From Candidatus Omnitrophica bacterium UBA6233 (GTDB lineage Bacteria; Omnitrophota; Gorgyraeia; Gygaellales; Profunditerraquicolaceae), in assembly GCA_002440965.1 (NCBI GenBank), contig DJWJ01000019.1, positions 8,119-72,118 of the forward strand: a stretch of DNA of 64,000 nt, in the 5' to 3' direction. How positions within the stretch are numbered: position 1 is the first letter of the stretch; each line of letters starts with the position of its first letter. Positions 47,838 to 57,744 of this stretch are shown here, piece by piece. The notes beneath the pieces were generated by a model that was not told the origin of the DNA, made no database searches, and saw nothing but the letters and a program-made list of their open reading frames with translations. A program made the position numbers and the translations under genes.

Positions 47838-49420
47838 TTCCCTGATCCTGCCATCTTTAATGCCAACGCTTCGACGCGGGCAGCAGCCATACCGTCTGCT
47901 TGATATGCATAACGCTTTAAAAAATCTTGGCGCGCAGATTCAAGTTTTACCTTTGTATTAGCCTCTGAACCATCCGCAATCATTCTAAATATATTTATGA
48001 TCTCCTGACATGATTCAGGAATAAGGACTGCGCCAGAATCTTTAAAAATATCGCTGAAAACCCAACCTGGAAAAACAGGACAAATGGTAAGTTTACCAGC
48101 GATAAGCGCATCTATGGTCGCTGTGGAACCAAAAGAAATAAAAGCGTCGCAAATCCGGATTAACTCCCTAATGTCTGACTTCTGAGAAACAAAAATAATA
48201 TTTTTATATTTTTTAGCCAAAGCACGCGTTTGGCGCACATTTTCAACCGGATGAGGTTTAACTACAAGACTTATTCCCGGCGTCTTATCAGCAGCCTGAA
48301 ATATAGCACACTTCATAGAACGTAAGAATTCCGGATTTGAGTATTTATCATGGGTCTTCAAATGGTAAGTAGAAGCCAACACGACCATCGCGTTTTCTTC
48401 CGGTACACGTAACATGGCGCGCTTCGATTTAACCTCTGAATTAGACAGATTAACAAGAAAATCATGACGTGGCGAACCTGTTATAATAATTCTCTCTGAG
48501 GAAACTTTCTGTTTCAGCATTGCCTCTTTCGAAACATCCCCCCAGACAGCAACGCGATCTGCAGTAAGAAAACGCCACTCGATCCCTTCATCCCCAGCTA
48601 AACCAAACTGGATATCCATACAAGGAATACCCATAAGCCGGCAAAGTAGCGTATAAATTCGCGTCCGAGGATCAGCTGTATCAGAATTAATTACCATTGC
48701 AGGACGATGCTTCTCTAAAATATGCCGAGCTACAACAGCATGCGGGATAATAAGAGGCAAATAAACCCGAAAAAACCGATTAAATAAATTTTTAAAATTC
48801 CTTACCAGATGACGGTCATTATCAGGCACTGCGTTTAATAATGCATTTGATAATCGTAAATTTATTTCAATTTGGTAAATTGATTTCTGTAGTTTAGAAA
48901 CCTGCCCCCCTATTTGTTCACCCCAATGCTGCCACAATGTTTGATATCTACAATTTTCAAAGGAAGATAGTTTCTTATCAAAACGATTCTGATCGCCCAA
49001 TACTACTATGTTACAATCTTTATGCATAACTAATCGGCTAACTACCGGCCGGAGAACATCTCTGTACATCTGATTAGTAAAACCAAGACAAAGAAGAGTT
49101 TTCCCGATTGGCCATGATGAACATCCATGCGTATTGTGGCGGTGACGAATTAAATTACGCAAGCCGTGTTTAAATCGAATCAGACCTGGCCTTATTCGCT
49201 GCATCATGTCTTTAGATGAAATATCGGATGCTAATACGGTTGGTATATGACTGTGTGCAAATTCAGCAGAGAACACATCCCAGAATTGTATGCCCTCCAC
49301 AGTAAGTGTTGTCGACAATGTTTTCCCGTTAGAAAGATTAAATTTACCGAACTCTTCAACTAAGGATGCGGAATAATTCAGCGTATCTATAACATTTAAC
49401 ATAGATTTATCTTTAGTCAT
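47834..49420 (-). CDS. GT-B-fold transferase with HP motif (KpsS/KpsC ulosonic-acid transferase or TagF glycerophosphotransferase-like)
   Basis: 528 aa; C-terminal LVVKPHPVE...FISFGSTATIDALIAGK pattern shared by Capsule_synth and Glyphos_transf families. Confidence 0.35.
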   Translation of the reverse strand: MTKDKSMLNVIDTLNYSASLVEEFGKFNLSNGKTLSTTLTVEGIQFWDVFSAEFAHSHIPTVLASDISSKDMMQRIRPGLIRFKHGLRNLIRHRHNTHGCSSWPIGKTLLCLGFTNQMYRDVLRPVVSRLVMHKDCNIVVLGDQNRFDKKLSSFENCRYQTLWQHWGEQIGGQVSKLQKSIYQIEINLRLSNALLNAVPDNDRHLVRNFKNLFNRFFRVYLPLIIPHAVVARHILEKHRPAMVINSDTADPRTRIYTLLCRLMGIPCMDIQFGLAGDEGIEWRFLTADRVAVWGDVSKEAMLKQKVSSERIIITGSPRHDFLVNLSNSEVKSKRAMLRVPEENAMVVLASTYHLKTHDKYSNPEFLRSMKCAIFQAADKTPGISLVVKPHPVENVRQTRALAKKYKNIIFVSQKSDIRELIRICDAFISFGSTATIDALIAGKLTICPVFPGWVFSDIFKDSGAVLIPESCQEIINIFRMIADGSEANTKVKLESARQDFLKRYAYQADGMAAARVEALALKMAGSGK

Positions 49421-49476
49421 ATATTTAAATCAAGTTGTGCCATATATTCCATATTTACTCCCAAGCTGATAATCAC

Positions 49477-50982
49477 CTAACGCGTGATACCAAAACGTTC
49501 CAAACTTGCTCGTGAAAAATCCAGTTTCAATACTCGAGCTACAATGTAAATAAGCGGTAGATAACCAAGCAAATATAGAATGACTTTAGCGCCTGCGATT
49601 ATTAAAGAATCTGTGAATAAATGGGCGGAAATAAAATAACTTACTGCACTTTCAACTGACCACAGTAATATTAACATATAGATAAACGGCGCCCAAAGTC
49701 GGGAAAAAAACCGAATCCAATCCTTATATTGCCTTGTGTAATGGGATAGCGCATACCCAATAACAATACATGAATAAAAAAAATAGGTAAGCAGCGTACC
49801 GCCAACTGCTATCCCTTCAATTCCATAACCCATACGTATGAATAGGAAATCCAGAATTATATTAAAGACGAGCGCAATACAGCCGAAAAAGGCGTATTGT
49901 TTCAATTTACCGGTAGTCACTAAAAAATAATCAGTCAGACCAAGGATGCCATAAAAGAAAATCCCAACAGCAACAATTCTGGCAGCAACAATGCCAGGAG
50001 CATAAGCCGGAAGAAAAGTCTTAACAACAAACGGCAGGACTAGATATAACGGACCTATTAACAATGGTAACAAGAAACTCAAGACCATGGGTGGTATAAA
50101 AACATATGACCGTAGCGCCTCAATACTTCTTCCTGTATTTCCAAAGTGATAACTGATCCGAGGATATAATACCTGGCTTGCCATTGACGGTATCAGGGAT
50201 ATTACACTAACTAACAAGAGTGCCAACCCCAAGTATCCTAATTGTGTCTCTCCCAGAAAAGCGATGACCATGAGACGGTCAATAGATGTCAACATTGTTA
50301 TTATAAAACCGGAAACTAAAATAGGTATGCCCACGCGCATTAATGACCATGCAAAAGACAAGTTGAATTTTGGCACTGGTTGCCAAGGATTACGGTATAA
50401 AGCGTACATTACAATTGCTGCCTGCGCCAGAATTGCGGCAATTAACCGTCCTTTTAGCCCACTAAAAATTACAAATAATATTGCTAGTCCTGCGGTAGCT
50501 ATAGCAAGCAAAACTTGCTGTTGGCTTAATTCCTTGAAGTGATTATGGGAACGCAACAAGATTCGATGATAAGTGTAAATTTGCTGCAGAATCAAAACAA
50601 CCGCCATAGCCTGCATTCCAAAAGATATTTCAGATGAATGCCCTGGTAAAAAAGAGATTACAAACACAACCATGGATGCAAGAATAGCTCCATAAATTGT
50701 AGTATACCTAGCCGCGCCATCAACATCCGCAACTCTTTGAGAATCACCTTGCCCTAAATAAATAGGCAGATCGCGCCCCATCGCAGAAAGTACACCAAAT
50801 TCCACATAAGCCCCATATGATAAAACTAATAAAACTGCATTCCAAACCCCATAATCATGAGGACCAAGCAAACGGGCGACCCAAAAACCCGAAACCAAAC
50901 CTATAGCCTGCGACGCAAATGCACTAACACTGTAATAAAATGCATCTTTAATTATATGAAATCGATTATGCAGCTGCCTCAT
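49477..50982 (-). CDS. Oligosaccharide flippase (Wzx, MOP superfamily)
   Basis: 501 aa, 12-14 TM helices, Wzx-like N-terminal amphipathic start. Confidence 0.6.
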   Translation of the reverse strand: MRQLHNRFHIIKDAFYYSVSAFASQAIGLVSGFWVARLLGPHDYGVWNAVLLVLSYGAYVEFGVLSAMGRDLPIYLGQGDSQRVADVDGAARYTTIYGAILASMVVFVISFLPGHSSEISFGMQAMAVVLILQQIYTYHRILLRSHNHFKELSQQQVLLAIATAGLAILFVIFSGLKGRLIAAILAQAAIVMYALYRNPWQPVPKFNLSFAWSLMRVGIPILVSGFIITMLTSIDRLMVIAFLGETQLGYLGLALLLVSVISLIPSMASQVLYPRISYHFGNTGRSIEALRSYVFIPPMVLSFLLPLLIGPLYLVLPFVVKTFLPAYAPGIVAARIVAVGIFFYGILGLTDYFLVTTGKLKQYAFFGCIALVFNIILDFLFIRMGYGIEGIAVGGTLLTYFFYSCIVIGYALSHYTRQYKDWIRFFSRLWAPFIYMLILLWSVESAVSYFISAHLFTDSLIIAGAKVILYLLGYLPLIYIVARVLKLDFSRASLERFGITR

Positions 50983-51923
50983 TTATTTTTTTTCGATAAA
51001 GCCCTTATCCTATATTCTTCTATCGTTTTCTTTATTCCATCTTCTAATAACATCTTCGGGGCGTAGCCCAAAGCATTAAGTCGTGAAACATCCATACATT
51101 TACGCGGCATACCATCAGACTTTGCGGTATCCCAATTTATAAAACCTTTATAGCCTGTTTTTTGAGCAATTAGTTTTACTAAATCCCGAATTGAAATATC
51201 AATACCCCAACCAATATTGATAAATGCAGATTCGTTGTAATTATCTATCAGGAAAAGAATGGCTTCGGCGGCGTCATCTACATGCATGAACTCCCGCCTT
51301 GCTGAACCCGTCCCCCAGACAGTAACACTATCTATCTCTGAGCCTACAGCATCAACAAATTTCTTAACAAGGGCGGCTAGCACATGTGAGCGCGAAGGAT
51401 CAAAGCTATCATTAGTCCCATACAAATTGCACGGCATCACGCTGATACCCCCAAACCCATATTGCTTACGGTAATATTCAACCATTTTAAGGCCCGCAAT
51501 TTTCGCTAAGGCATAACTTTCATTTGTCGGCTCTAATGGTCCAGTGAGTAAATACTCCTCTCTCATAGGTTGAAGGCATTCGCGCGGATAAATACAAGAG
51601 CTACCCAGGAAACAAAACTTTTTAACTCCACTCAAAAATGATTGATGTATTACATTATTCTGAATTGCGAGATTATCAAAAAGAAATTCGGCAGGATGCT
51701 CAAGGTTAGCCTGAATACCTCCAACGCGGGCAGCAGCAAAGATAACTATTTCCGGCTTCTGCATCGCGAAAAAATTCTTAACAGCGAGAGAATCTCTCAA
51801 GTCGAGTTCCCGATGATTACTCAAAACAAGATTTTCAAATCCCTTTTTTTTGAGCAAACGTACTATTGCTGATCCCAACATCCCGCTGTGTCCGGCAACA
51901 TATATACGATTATTTTTATCCAT
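50979..51923 (-). CDS. fcl: GDP-L-fucose synthase family (GDP-4-keto-6-deoxymannose 3,5-epimerase/4-reductase; could equally be a ColC-type GDP-colitose synthase)
   Basis: 314 aa; RIYVAGHSGMLGSAIVRLL, canonical Fcl N-terminus. Confidence 0.75.
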   Translation of the reverse strand: MDKNNRIYVAGHSGMLGSAIVRLLKKKGFENLVLSNHRELDLRDSLAVKNFFAMQKPEIVIFAAARVGGIQANLEHPAEFLFDNLAIQNNVIHQSFLSGVKKFCFLGSSCIYPRECLQPMREEYLLTGPLEPTNESYALAKIAGLKMVEYYRKQYGFGGISVMPCNLYGTNDSFDPSRSHVLAALVKKFVDAVGSEIDSVTVWGTGSARREFMHVDDAAEAILFLIDNYNESAFINIGWGIDISIRDLVKLIAQKTGYKGFINWDTAKSDGMPRKCMDVSRLNALGYAPKMLLEDGIKKTIEEYRIRALSKKNK

Positions 51924-51972
51924 TTGAATTCATCTATTAATAAACTATCCTTAAAAACATATGCCTAACATG

Positions 51973-52779
51973 TTATACTTTGCTCCATAATTCCGGAACT
52001 AAATCTCTCGGACTACTCCTGGCTTTTTCAGTAAACCATTTTTGTGGTGCAAATACCTTCTTGTTCGGATTTTTATTCAGCCATGCTCCCCACCAGCTAA
52101 AAGTACTATTAGCAATAATGTTATGCTTACACAAACTCATTAAACGCATGTCTTCATAATTTTTATCTGCCCCGTTGTGATCAACAAATGTAACCGGATA
52201 CGGAAGTTTAAAATTATCACGTACCCAAAGGATATCATCGGCAAATATAAAAAAATGCGGTTTCTTAAGATCGCGAACAATGCGTTTAGCGGAATCCAAG
52301 TAATAATCAAAACTGCAACTTTCTAATATCTGCTCCTTATAAGTATTAGGCAGGTAATCTGACCTACGTATATGCACACTTACCGAATCACAACACATAA
52401 TTTGCCCAACGACTTCTTTATCTCTACCCGATAATGGCAACTTTACAGATAGTTCGCACCTAATAATATCAGCAATACTTTTAAAATATTTCTCGCTTTG
52501 CCAATAACCGAGCAAGTAAACTTTATCAGGAAGTTGCAATATTTCGGGATCAAAATGAAAGTGTTTTTCCCGTACATGTTTTACTTCTGCTAATTCATCC
52601 GGTGTAGCAAAATTTTCTACAATATTTAAATGGTTTAAGGAATACGCGTGTATCTTATAAAACTCGAATTCCGATATATCAATTTTTAATTCCGCATGAC
52701 AAATTTCGGACAGATGCCGCCCAACAGCATATTGAAAACACTGATTCCCAAGTCCACCGATTAATCTAGTAATAATCAT
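51973..52779 (-). CDS. Glycosyltransferase family 11 (alpha-1,2-fucosyltransferase-like)
   Basis: 268 aa; ITRLIGGLGNQCFQYAVG = GT11 signature motif I. Confidence 0.8.
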   Translation of the reverse strand: MIITRLIGGLGNQCFQYAVGRHLSEICHAELKIDISEFEFYKIHAYSLNHLNIVENFATPDELAEVKHVREKHFHFDPEILQLPDKVYLLGYWQSEKYFKSIADIIRCELSVKLPLSGRDKEVVGQIMCCDSVSVHIRRSDYLPNTYKEQILESCSFDYYLDSAKRIVRDLKKPHFFIFADDILWVRDNFKLPYPVTFVDHNGADKNYEDMRLMSLCKHNIIANSTFSWWGAWLNKNPNKKVFAPQKWFTEKARSSPRDLVPELWSKV

Positions 52780-53957
52780 GCCTCATGCCTCTTAAGACAA
52801 TCGGTTAAAGTTTTAATATCTTTCTTATTTAATTCCGGATAGTTCCCGCAATAAAACCCCCGATCATGGACAAAATCAACATCAGGGAGTTCATATGAAT
52901 AAAGAATATATTTTTTGTAAAAAGGTTGTCTCTGAATGTTGCCGGCAATTATGGGACGGGTCTCAATGCCGGCGTTAGAGAAAAGTTTCATATATCTGCA
53001 TTTGAGCTGCGGAGTTTTGCATAAAACCGGAAATGCGAAATTAGAAAGCACCGAAATATGCGACCTATCAAGCGTTTGCAGGTCAGGATTATCTTTTACT
53101 ATAGACTCCAGCAATAAGTAATTTCTTTGTCTTATAGCTATATTCTCCTTTAAGAATTTTAATTGATATCGTCCCAGAAAGCCTGTTATCTCAGTCGGGC
53201 GAATATTATAACCCAGATCATAAAAAGTGTATTTCGCTTCGAATTCGGAATTAATATTGTATTTCTTCCGCCACCTATGTTGTTTAGGCGCACTTAAATT
53301 ACGGTCCCACCCATTTGCACGGACAATTCTAAGCATTTCATCTATCTCTCCGTCGTTTGTGCAAATCATCCCACCCTCGACAGTAGACATATGGTGTGCA
53401 ACAAAAAATGAAAACGAAGACATTATTCCGAAATTTCCAGTTTTACCAGAAGGTAATTCTGTTCCTAATGCTTCACAATTATCTTCAATTAGAATAATCT
53501 GGGCTTCATTACAAACTTTACGAATAACATCAAGATCTCCCGCAAAACCAAGCGCGTTAGTAACAAAAAATGCCCGGAGATCTGTCTGGTTCAGCCGTTT
53601 TTTAAGATTGGATGCCATAACGTTCAGAGTCCTTTGATCGCAATCAATTGGAACTGGTTGCATACCAAGCTGCAGAATAGGCATAACATTTGTAGACCAG
53701 GTTAACGCTGAAAAACCAATTTTATCCCCATCTTTCAATCTGCCAAGGTTTTTAAGCGCTTGAAGCATAGCAAGATTAGCGCTCCCTCCGCTATTCACAA
53801 GAGTCGCATTCTTTACACCTTGAAATACGGCAAATTCTTTTTCAAAGGCTACAACCTGTTCCCCCATACTTAACTTCTTGGCTTTTAAAATAAACTTTAC
53901 TAAGGCATCTTTCGTATCAAGTTCATTTAAAAAAGCACTTTTCATTAAGGGAATCAT
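52776..53957 (-). CDS. DegT-fold sugar 3-dehydratase of the ColD type (GDP-4-keto-6-deoxymannose-3-dehydratase-like), not a transaminase
   Basis: 393 aa; PLP-lysine position occupied by His (SFSFFVAHHMSTVEGG); no Cys cluster. Confidence 0.55.
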   Translation of the reverse strand: MIPLMKSAFLNELDTKDALVKFILKAKKLSMGEQVVAFEKEFAVFQGVKNATLVNSGGSANLAMLQALKNLGRLKDGDKIGFSALTWSTNVMPILQLGMQPVPIDCDQRTLNVMASNLKKRLNQTDLRAFFVTNALGFAGDLDVIRKVCNEAQIILIEDNCEALGTELPSGKTGNFGIMSSFSFFVAHHMSTVEGGMICTNDGEIDEMLRIVRANGWDRNLSAPKQHRWRKKYNINSEFEAKYTFYDLGYNIRPTEITGFLGRYQLKFLKENIAIRQRNYLLLESIVKDNPDLQTLDRSHISVLSNFAFPVLCKTPQLKCRYMKLFSNAGIETRPIIAGNIQRQPFYKKYILYSYELPDVDFVHDRGFYCGNYPELNKKDIKTLTDCLKRHEA

Positions 53958-53978
53958 AAAATAAACCTCACAATCTTT

Positions 53979-54887
53979 TTAAACAGTAAATCTAAAATGA
54001 TTTATTTTCTCTTTTTCCTGGAGTTGATATGCCTCAAGTCCAACAGTCGTTTCTCCCGGACGCGGAATCATATAAGCAACAACTTTATCTAAAAAACCCA
54101 TTCTGACATCTGCATGATAAATTCTTTGAGATAAATCAATGTCATTAACTCGATTCCAACTCTTCCGCCAGCAATTGATATTATACTTAATAAATTTAAG
54201 ATACGAGCGATACAACCATGTCTGCGTACCTCCTAATCTCGGGCAATCATTTGGCACGAGTCCATTTTTTCTTGTATAATACGGATCCAACGCTTTAACT
54301 CCTGTATCCACTCTTTTTACCCCATGACGCTCTTCTACATACTGTGCGGATACAAATTCATAGTTCCCATGTTGAGCAAATCGCAAAAGAACCTCGATAT
54401 GATCTGATATCCAAGTATCATCATCATCAATCCTAGCTATCCATTTACCCTTAATCATGCTCAATCCAGTATTCGCGGCAACCACAGGACCTGCCAGCCA
54501 ATGGTTTTCAGCGGTTTCGGGATACCGACAGACTCTTTGGGGTATATTGTAAAACCTGACTCGCGGATCTTTAATTTTAGAAATACGATGTTCAGTATCA
54601 TCAGTACAATGATCGCCTATAATAATAAGTTCCAGGTTCTTATAGGTCTGTCCCAAAACAGAAGGAACAGCCCTTTCCATTAAAATTTCCCCTCTGTTAT
54701 AAGTAGGAATATAGACCGATACCAATGAATTTTCATTAGGATTATTATACTGATGCTCATATTTCAAACGGACAACTTTAAGCATCAACGGTTCCGTAAC
54801 GGCATAACGTACAGAATTAAAACCACTTATCAATTTATCTTGAAAAGTACGCTTAGTAATTTTACTTTTATAAATTATATCTACCAT
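53979..54887 (-). CDS. Family 2 glycosyltransferase
   Basis: 302 aa; VSVYIPTYNR...IIIGDHCTDDT...DDDD. Confidence 0.6.
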   Translation of the reverse strand: MVDIIYKSKITKRTFQDKLISGFNSVRYAVTEPLMLKVVRLKYEHQYNNPNENSLVSVYIPTYNRGEILMERAVPSVLGQTYKNLELIIIGDHCTDDTEHRISKIKDPRVRFYNIPQRVCRYPETAENHWLAGPVVAANTGLSMIKGKWIARIDDDDTWISDHIEVLLRFAQHGNYEFVSAQYVEERHGVKRVDTGVKALDPYYTRKNGLVPNDCPRLGGTQTWLYRSYLKFIKYNINCWRKSWNRVNDIDLSQRIYHADVRMGFLDKVVAYMIPRPGETTVGLEAYQLQEKEKINHFRFTV

Positions 54888-54943
54888 AAAAAATCACCTT
54901 AGGTATTTCATTTATATTTTTTCCGGAATGCCTCTTTAAAGAA

Positions 54944-56212
54944 TTAATCATCCACACCGCCGCCCCATATTGTGTGCCTCAATCTCCATTGGCCATTAAT
55001 TTTTGACCAAAGATGAGGTGAACGGAAATGATCACAAAGTTCCATAAATCTCTCTGGTTTAATTTCTAAATAATTCATAATTTCTTTAAAGTATTTGTCC
55101 GGAAACTCACCATCGAATTTTTTCACTAGGGCAACACCTTCTTCCCGTGTCAAATGGTTATTCCTTATCTCCTGGGAAGCATCATAAGTAGCCCGTCCGA
55201 TCCCAAATTTAATAAATGTTGTATAATAATGGAGATCATCAATCTTATCATCAATACTATTGTATTTGCTATAAGTCCCCTGAGTCCTAAACGGTCTGGC
55301 CTTAAATCCCGTATTTTCAACCGCATAATAATACACTTCTTCCGGTGTCCACTTGAGGTAATATCCGAGATAATGCACCTCAATAGCTGCTTTTTCCAGC
55401 TCAACCGGGCTGCAAGGTAAAAAAGGCATCAGATCATTAAGTGAAACGTTATATTTATCTGTTAACTCCCTGATAGATATTCCTCCTAAGTAAATTTCAT
55501 CTAAATCTTTAAACATATAATATGATTTGTCGCGCAATGACTTGGTATTATCGGCAAGAGGATTGCCGTATTCAGCCTCATTTTCTCCGTAAAAAACAAG
55601 AGGTATCCCGAATTTCGCAGCAAGCTTGGGCCCTAAATTCTTTTGGCCCAAAATAAAAGTTTGAAAAGGATGGAACAAGTTTTCTATACTCAGCCTTGTT
55701 AAAAGCTTCATAATCTGTCCATTATGATTAAAGCTTAGATTGTCAAAACCTCCGATATCCAGCCAATTCTTAAAATTCTTGTAACCGTAATCCGTATATA
55801 AAATCGGGGACCAGGTCACTGTCAATGGATGCATTCCATACTTATACTTCAAAATATGCGCCTGATAAGCGCTGTCTTTACCGCCGCTGCCGGGAACTAT
55901 GCAATCATATTCACCGTCGTTGCGCCGGTATTTTTCCAGAAGCTTCAATAATTCATCTTCGCGTTTTTTCCAATCAATGCGCGTTTTTTCCTCGGCATGC
56001 AAACAGGCATCGCAAACACCCTCTTCATTAATATTTAAGGTGACCTTTTTACTTTGGATCGTATGCTTAAACTCGATAGCTGAGGCCGGCCTTTGATTAG
56101 ACATAACGCATCTTTTACAGAAAATCACTTTTTCCGGTAACCCGTATTTTACTTCAATATTTTCGCTCATTTTTTCATCAACTCCGAGTGCGCAGATACA
56201 ATCTGAGCCCAA
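54944..56212 (-). CDS. N-acetyl sugar amidotransferase (PP-loop ATPase; WbuX/WbpG/PseA family)
   Basis: 422 aa; SGGKDS PP-loop (CIVPGSGGKDSAYQ), N-terminal Cys-rich segment. Confidence 0.8.
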   Translation of the reverse strand: MGSDCICALGVDEKMSENIEVKYGLPEKVIFCKRCVMSNQRPASAIEFKHTIQSKKVTLNINEEGVCDACLHAEEKTRIDWKKREDELLKLLEKYRRNDGEYDCIVPGSGGKDSAYQAHILKYKYGMHPLTVTWSPILYTDYGYKNFKNWLDIGGFDNLSFNHNGQIMKLLTRLSIENLFHPFQTFILGQKNLGPKLAAKFGIPLVFYGENEAEYGNPLADNTKSLRDKSYYMFKDLDEIYLGGISIRELTDKYNVSLNDLMPFLPCSPVELEKAAIEVHYLGYYLKWTPEEVYYYAVENTGFKARPFRTQGTYSKYNSIDDKIDDLHYYTTFIKFGIGRATYDASQEIRNNHLTREEGVALVKKFDGEFPDKYFKEIMNYLEIKPERFMELCDHFRSPHLWSKINGQWRLRHTIWGGGVDD

Positions 56213-56901
56213 TTCTTAAAAACTCTCAATCCTTTTAACCCGCTCTTTTCAGGATGAAACTGTGTAGCACAGATGGAATCTTTTAAAAGAGCAGAGCAGT
56301 ATTCCGTATCCTCATAGTTTGTTTTCGTAAGAACAAAACTGGTATCATCTAAAACTGCATAATATGAATGCACAAAATACATATACTCGCCATCAGGTAT
56401 GTTTTGTAAAATAGGGGCACCCTGAAAGGCGGGATGAATTTTATTAAAAAACACCCGGTTCCATCCAACCTGCGGAACCTTGATCTTCCGCCCCGCTTTA
56501 TCTATACTATTGAATTTGATAACCCTGCCTTTGATAACATCCAGGCCTTTGTGCCCGCCGAATTCTTCACTTTCAGTCAAAAGAAGCTGCATCCCCAAAC
56601 AAATTCCCAAAAAAGGCTTACTTAATCCGATACGATCCTTTATTGCTCCGACTAAATCCATTTTTTTTAAATTATTCATTGCATCCCCAAAAGCTCCTAC
56701 GCCGGGAAGAATAACGCCCCCTGCCTGTAAAATAATATCTTTATCCGCAGTAATAACGCTGCGCAAACCTACACTGGCACACGCACGCTGGACATTAAAC
56801 AAATTACCCATGCCATAATCGATAATCGCTACCTGATGTTTATTTAGGTCCGGCATAGGTATCCTGTTCATTATACAGACGGCACTGAACCCCTTCATCA
56901 A
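56167..56901 (-). CDS. HisH-like glutamine amidotransferase subunit (WbuY-type)
   Basis: 244 aa; class I GATase triad region LGICLGMQLL...H.. Confidence 0.8.
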   Translation of the reverse strand: MMKGFSAVCIMNRIPMPDLNKHQVAIIDYGMGNLFNVQRACASVGLRSVITADKDIILQAGGVILPGVGAFGDAMNNLKKMDLVGAIKDRIGLSKPFLGICLGMQLLLTESEEFGGHKGLDVIKGRVIKFNSIDKAGRKIKVPQVGWNRVFFNKIHPAFQGAPILQNIPDGEYMYFVHSYYAVLDDTSFVLTKTNYEDTEYCSALLKDSICATQFHPEKSGLKGLRVFKNWAQIVSAHSELMKK

Positions 56902-57730
56902 TTAAATATTTTTTTATCAAAGGAAGCGGCTCGGATTTAAAATTTGTAAAAACCCGGCCGCTCTTTAAAAATTCAACATTGCCTTCGCTAAATAGTCCTG
57001 AATCAAATTCTGCTTCTTTAATAACATGATAATGCAGCATAGAGGCAATGGCCACGGCATCCGCTCCGCCCTGAATAATGGCATCTTTAACATCTTCCAG
57101 CTTCCCGGGACCACCGGAAGCAATCACGGGAATAGCAACAGAATCCGATACGGTTTTTATCAGCTCCAGGTCATAGCCTGACCCGGTTCCATCGCGGTCA
57201 ACAGAGGTTAATAATATCTCGCCGGCGCCCAGCTCTTCTGCCCGCTTTGCCCAGGCAAGAACCTCCACTCCCGTATATTCTCTGCCGTTATCAATATATG
57301 CCAGGTACTTTCCATCTGCTTGCCTGATCACCTCAATAGTAATGACAATCGTAGAAGATCCGAAGATCCGTGAAGCCTCATAAATAAAATTGGGATTCTT
57401 AATCGCGGCAGTATTCAAAGAAACTTTATCCGCTCCGGCCCTTAAAACACTCCGGATGTCCTCGATAGTCCTGAGCCCTCCCCCAACCGTCAAAGGAATA
57501 AAAATTTCTTGCGCTGTTTTATTAATTATATTATGCAGGCTATTGCGGTTATACAAGCTGGCAACCACATCGATGTAAATAAGCTCATCAGCGCCATGCT
57601 CATAATAAAACCGGGCAAAATCTTCCGGTTTACCCAAAACACGCAAGCCCTCTAAATGAATACCTTTAACAAGATTCGGACCTTTGATATCAAGCCTAGG
57701 GATAATGCGAATGTTCTTAGCCATTTTCAA
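56840..57730 (-). CDS. HisF-like cyclase/ammonia-channel subunit (WbuZ-type)
   Basis: 296 aa; (beta/alpha)8 HisF motifs [10 protein letters not shown]...DGTGSGYDL. Confidence 0.8.
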   Translation of the reverse strand: MKMAKNIRIIPRLDIKGPNLVKGIHLEGLRVLGKPEDFARFYYEHGADELIYIDVVASLYNRNSLHNIINKTAQEIFIPLTVGGGLRTIEDIRSVLRAGADKVSLNTAAIKNPNFIYEASRIFGSSTIVITIEVIRQADGKYLAYIDNGREYTGVEVLAWAKRAEELGAGEILLTSVDRDGTGSGYDLELIKTVSDSVAIPVIASGGPGKLEDVKDAIIQGGADAVAIASMLHYHVIKEAEFDSGLFSEGNVEFLKSGRVFTNFKSEPLPLIKKYLIDEGVQCRLYNEQDTYAGPK

Positions 57731-57744
57731 ATTAAATATTTTAA

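Noticed and set aside
50979-51923. Treating the fcl-like gene as proof of L-fucose synthesis
   Set aside because: Fcl and ColC (GDP-colitose synthase) are homologous and cannot be separated by eye. The adjacent ColD-type dehydratase makes colitose at least as likely. The feature is kept with an ambiguous product call.
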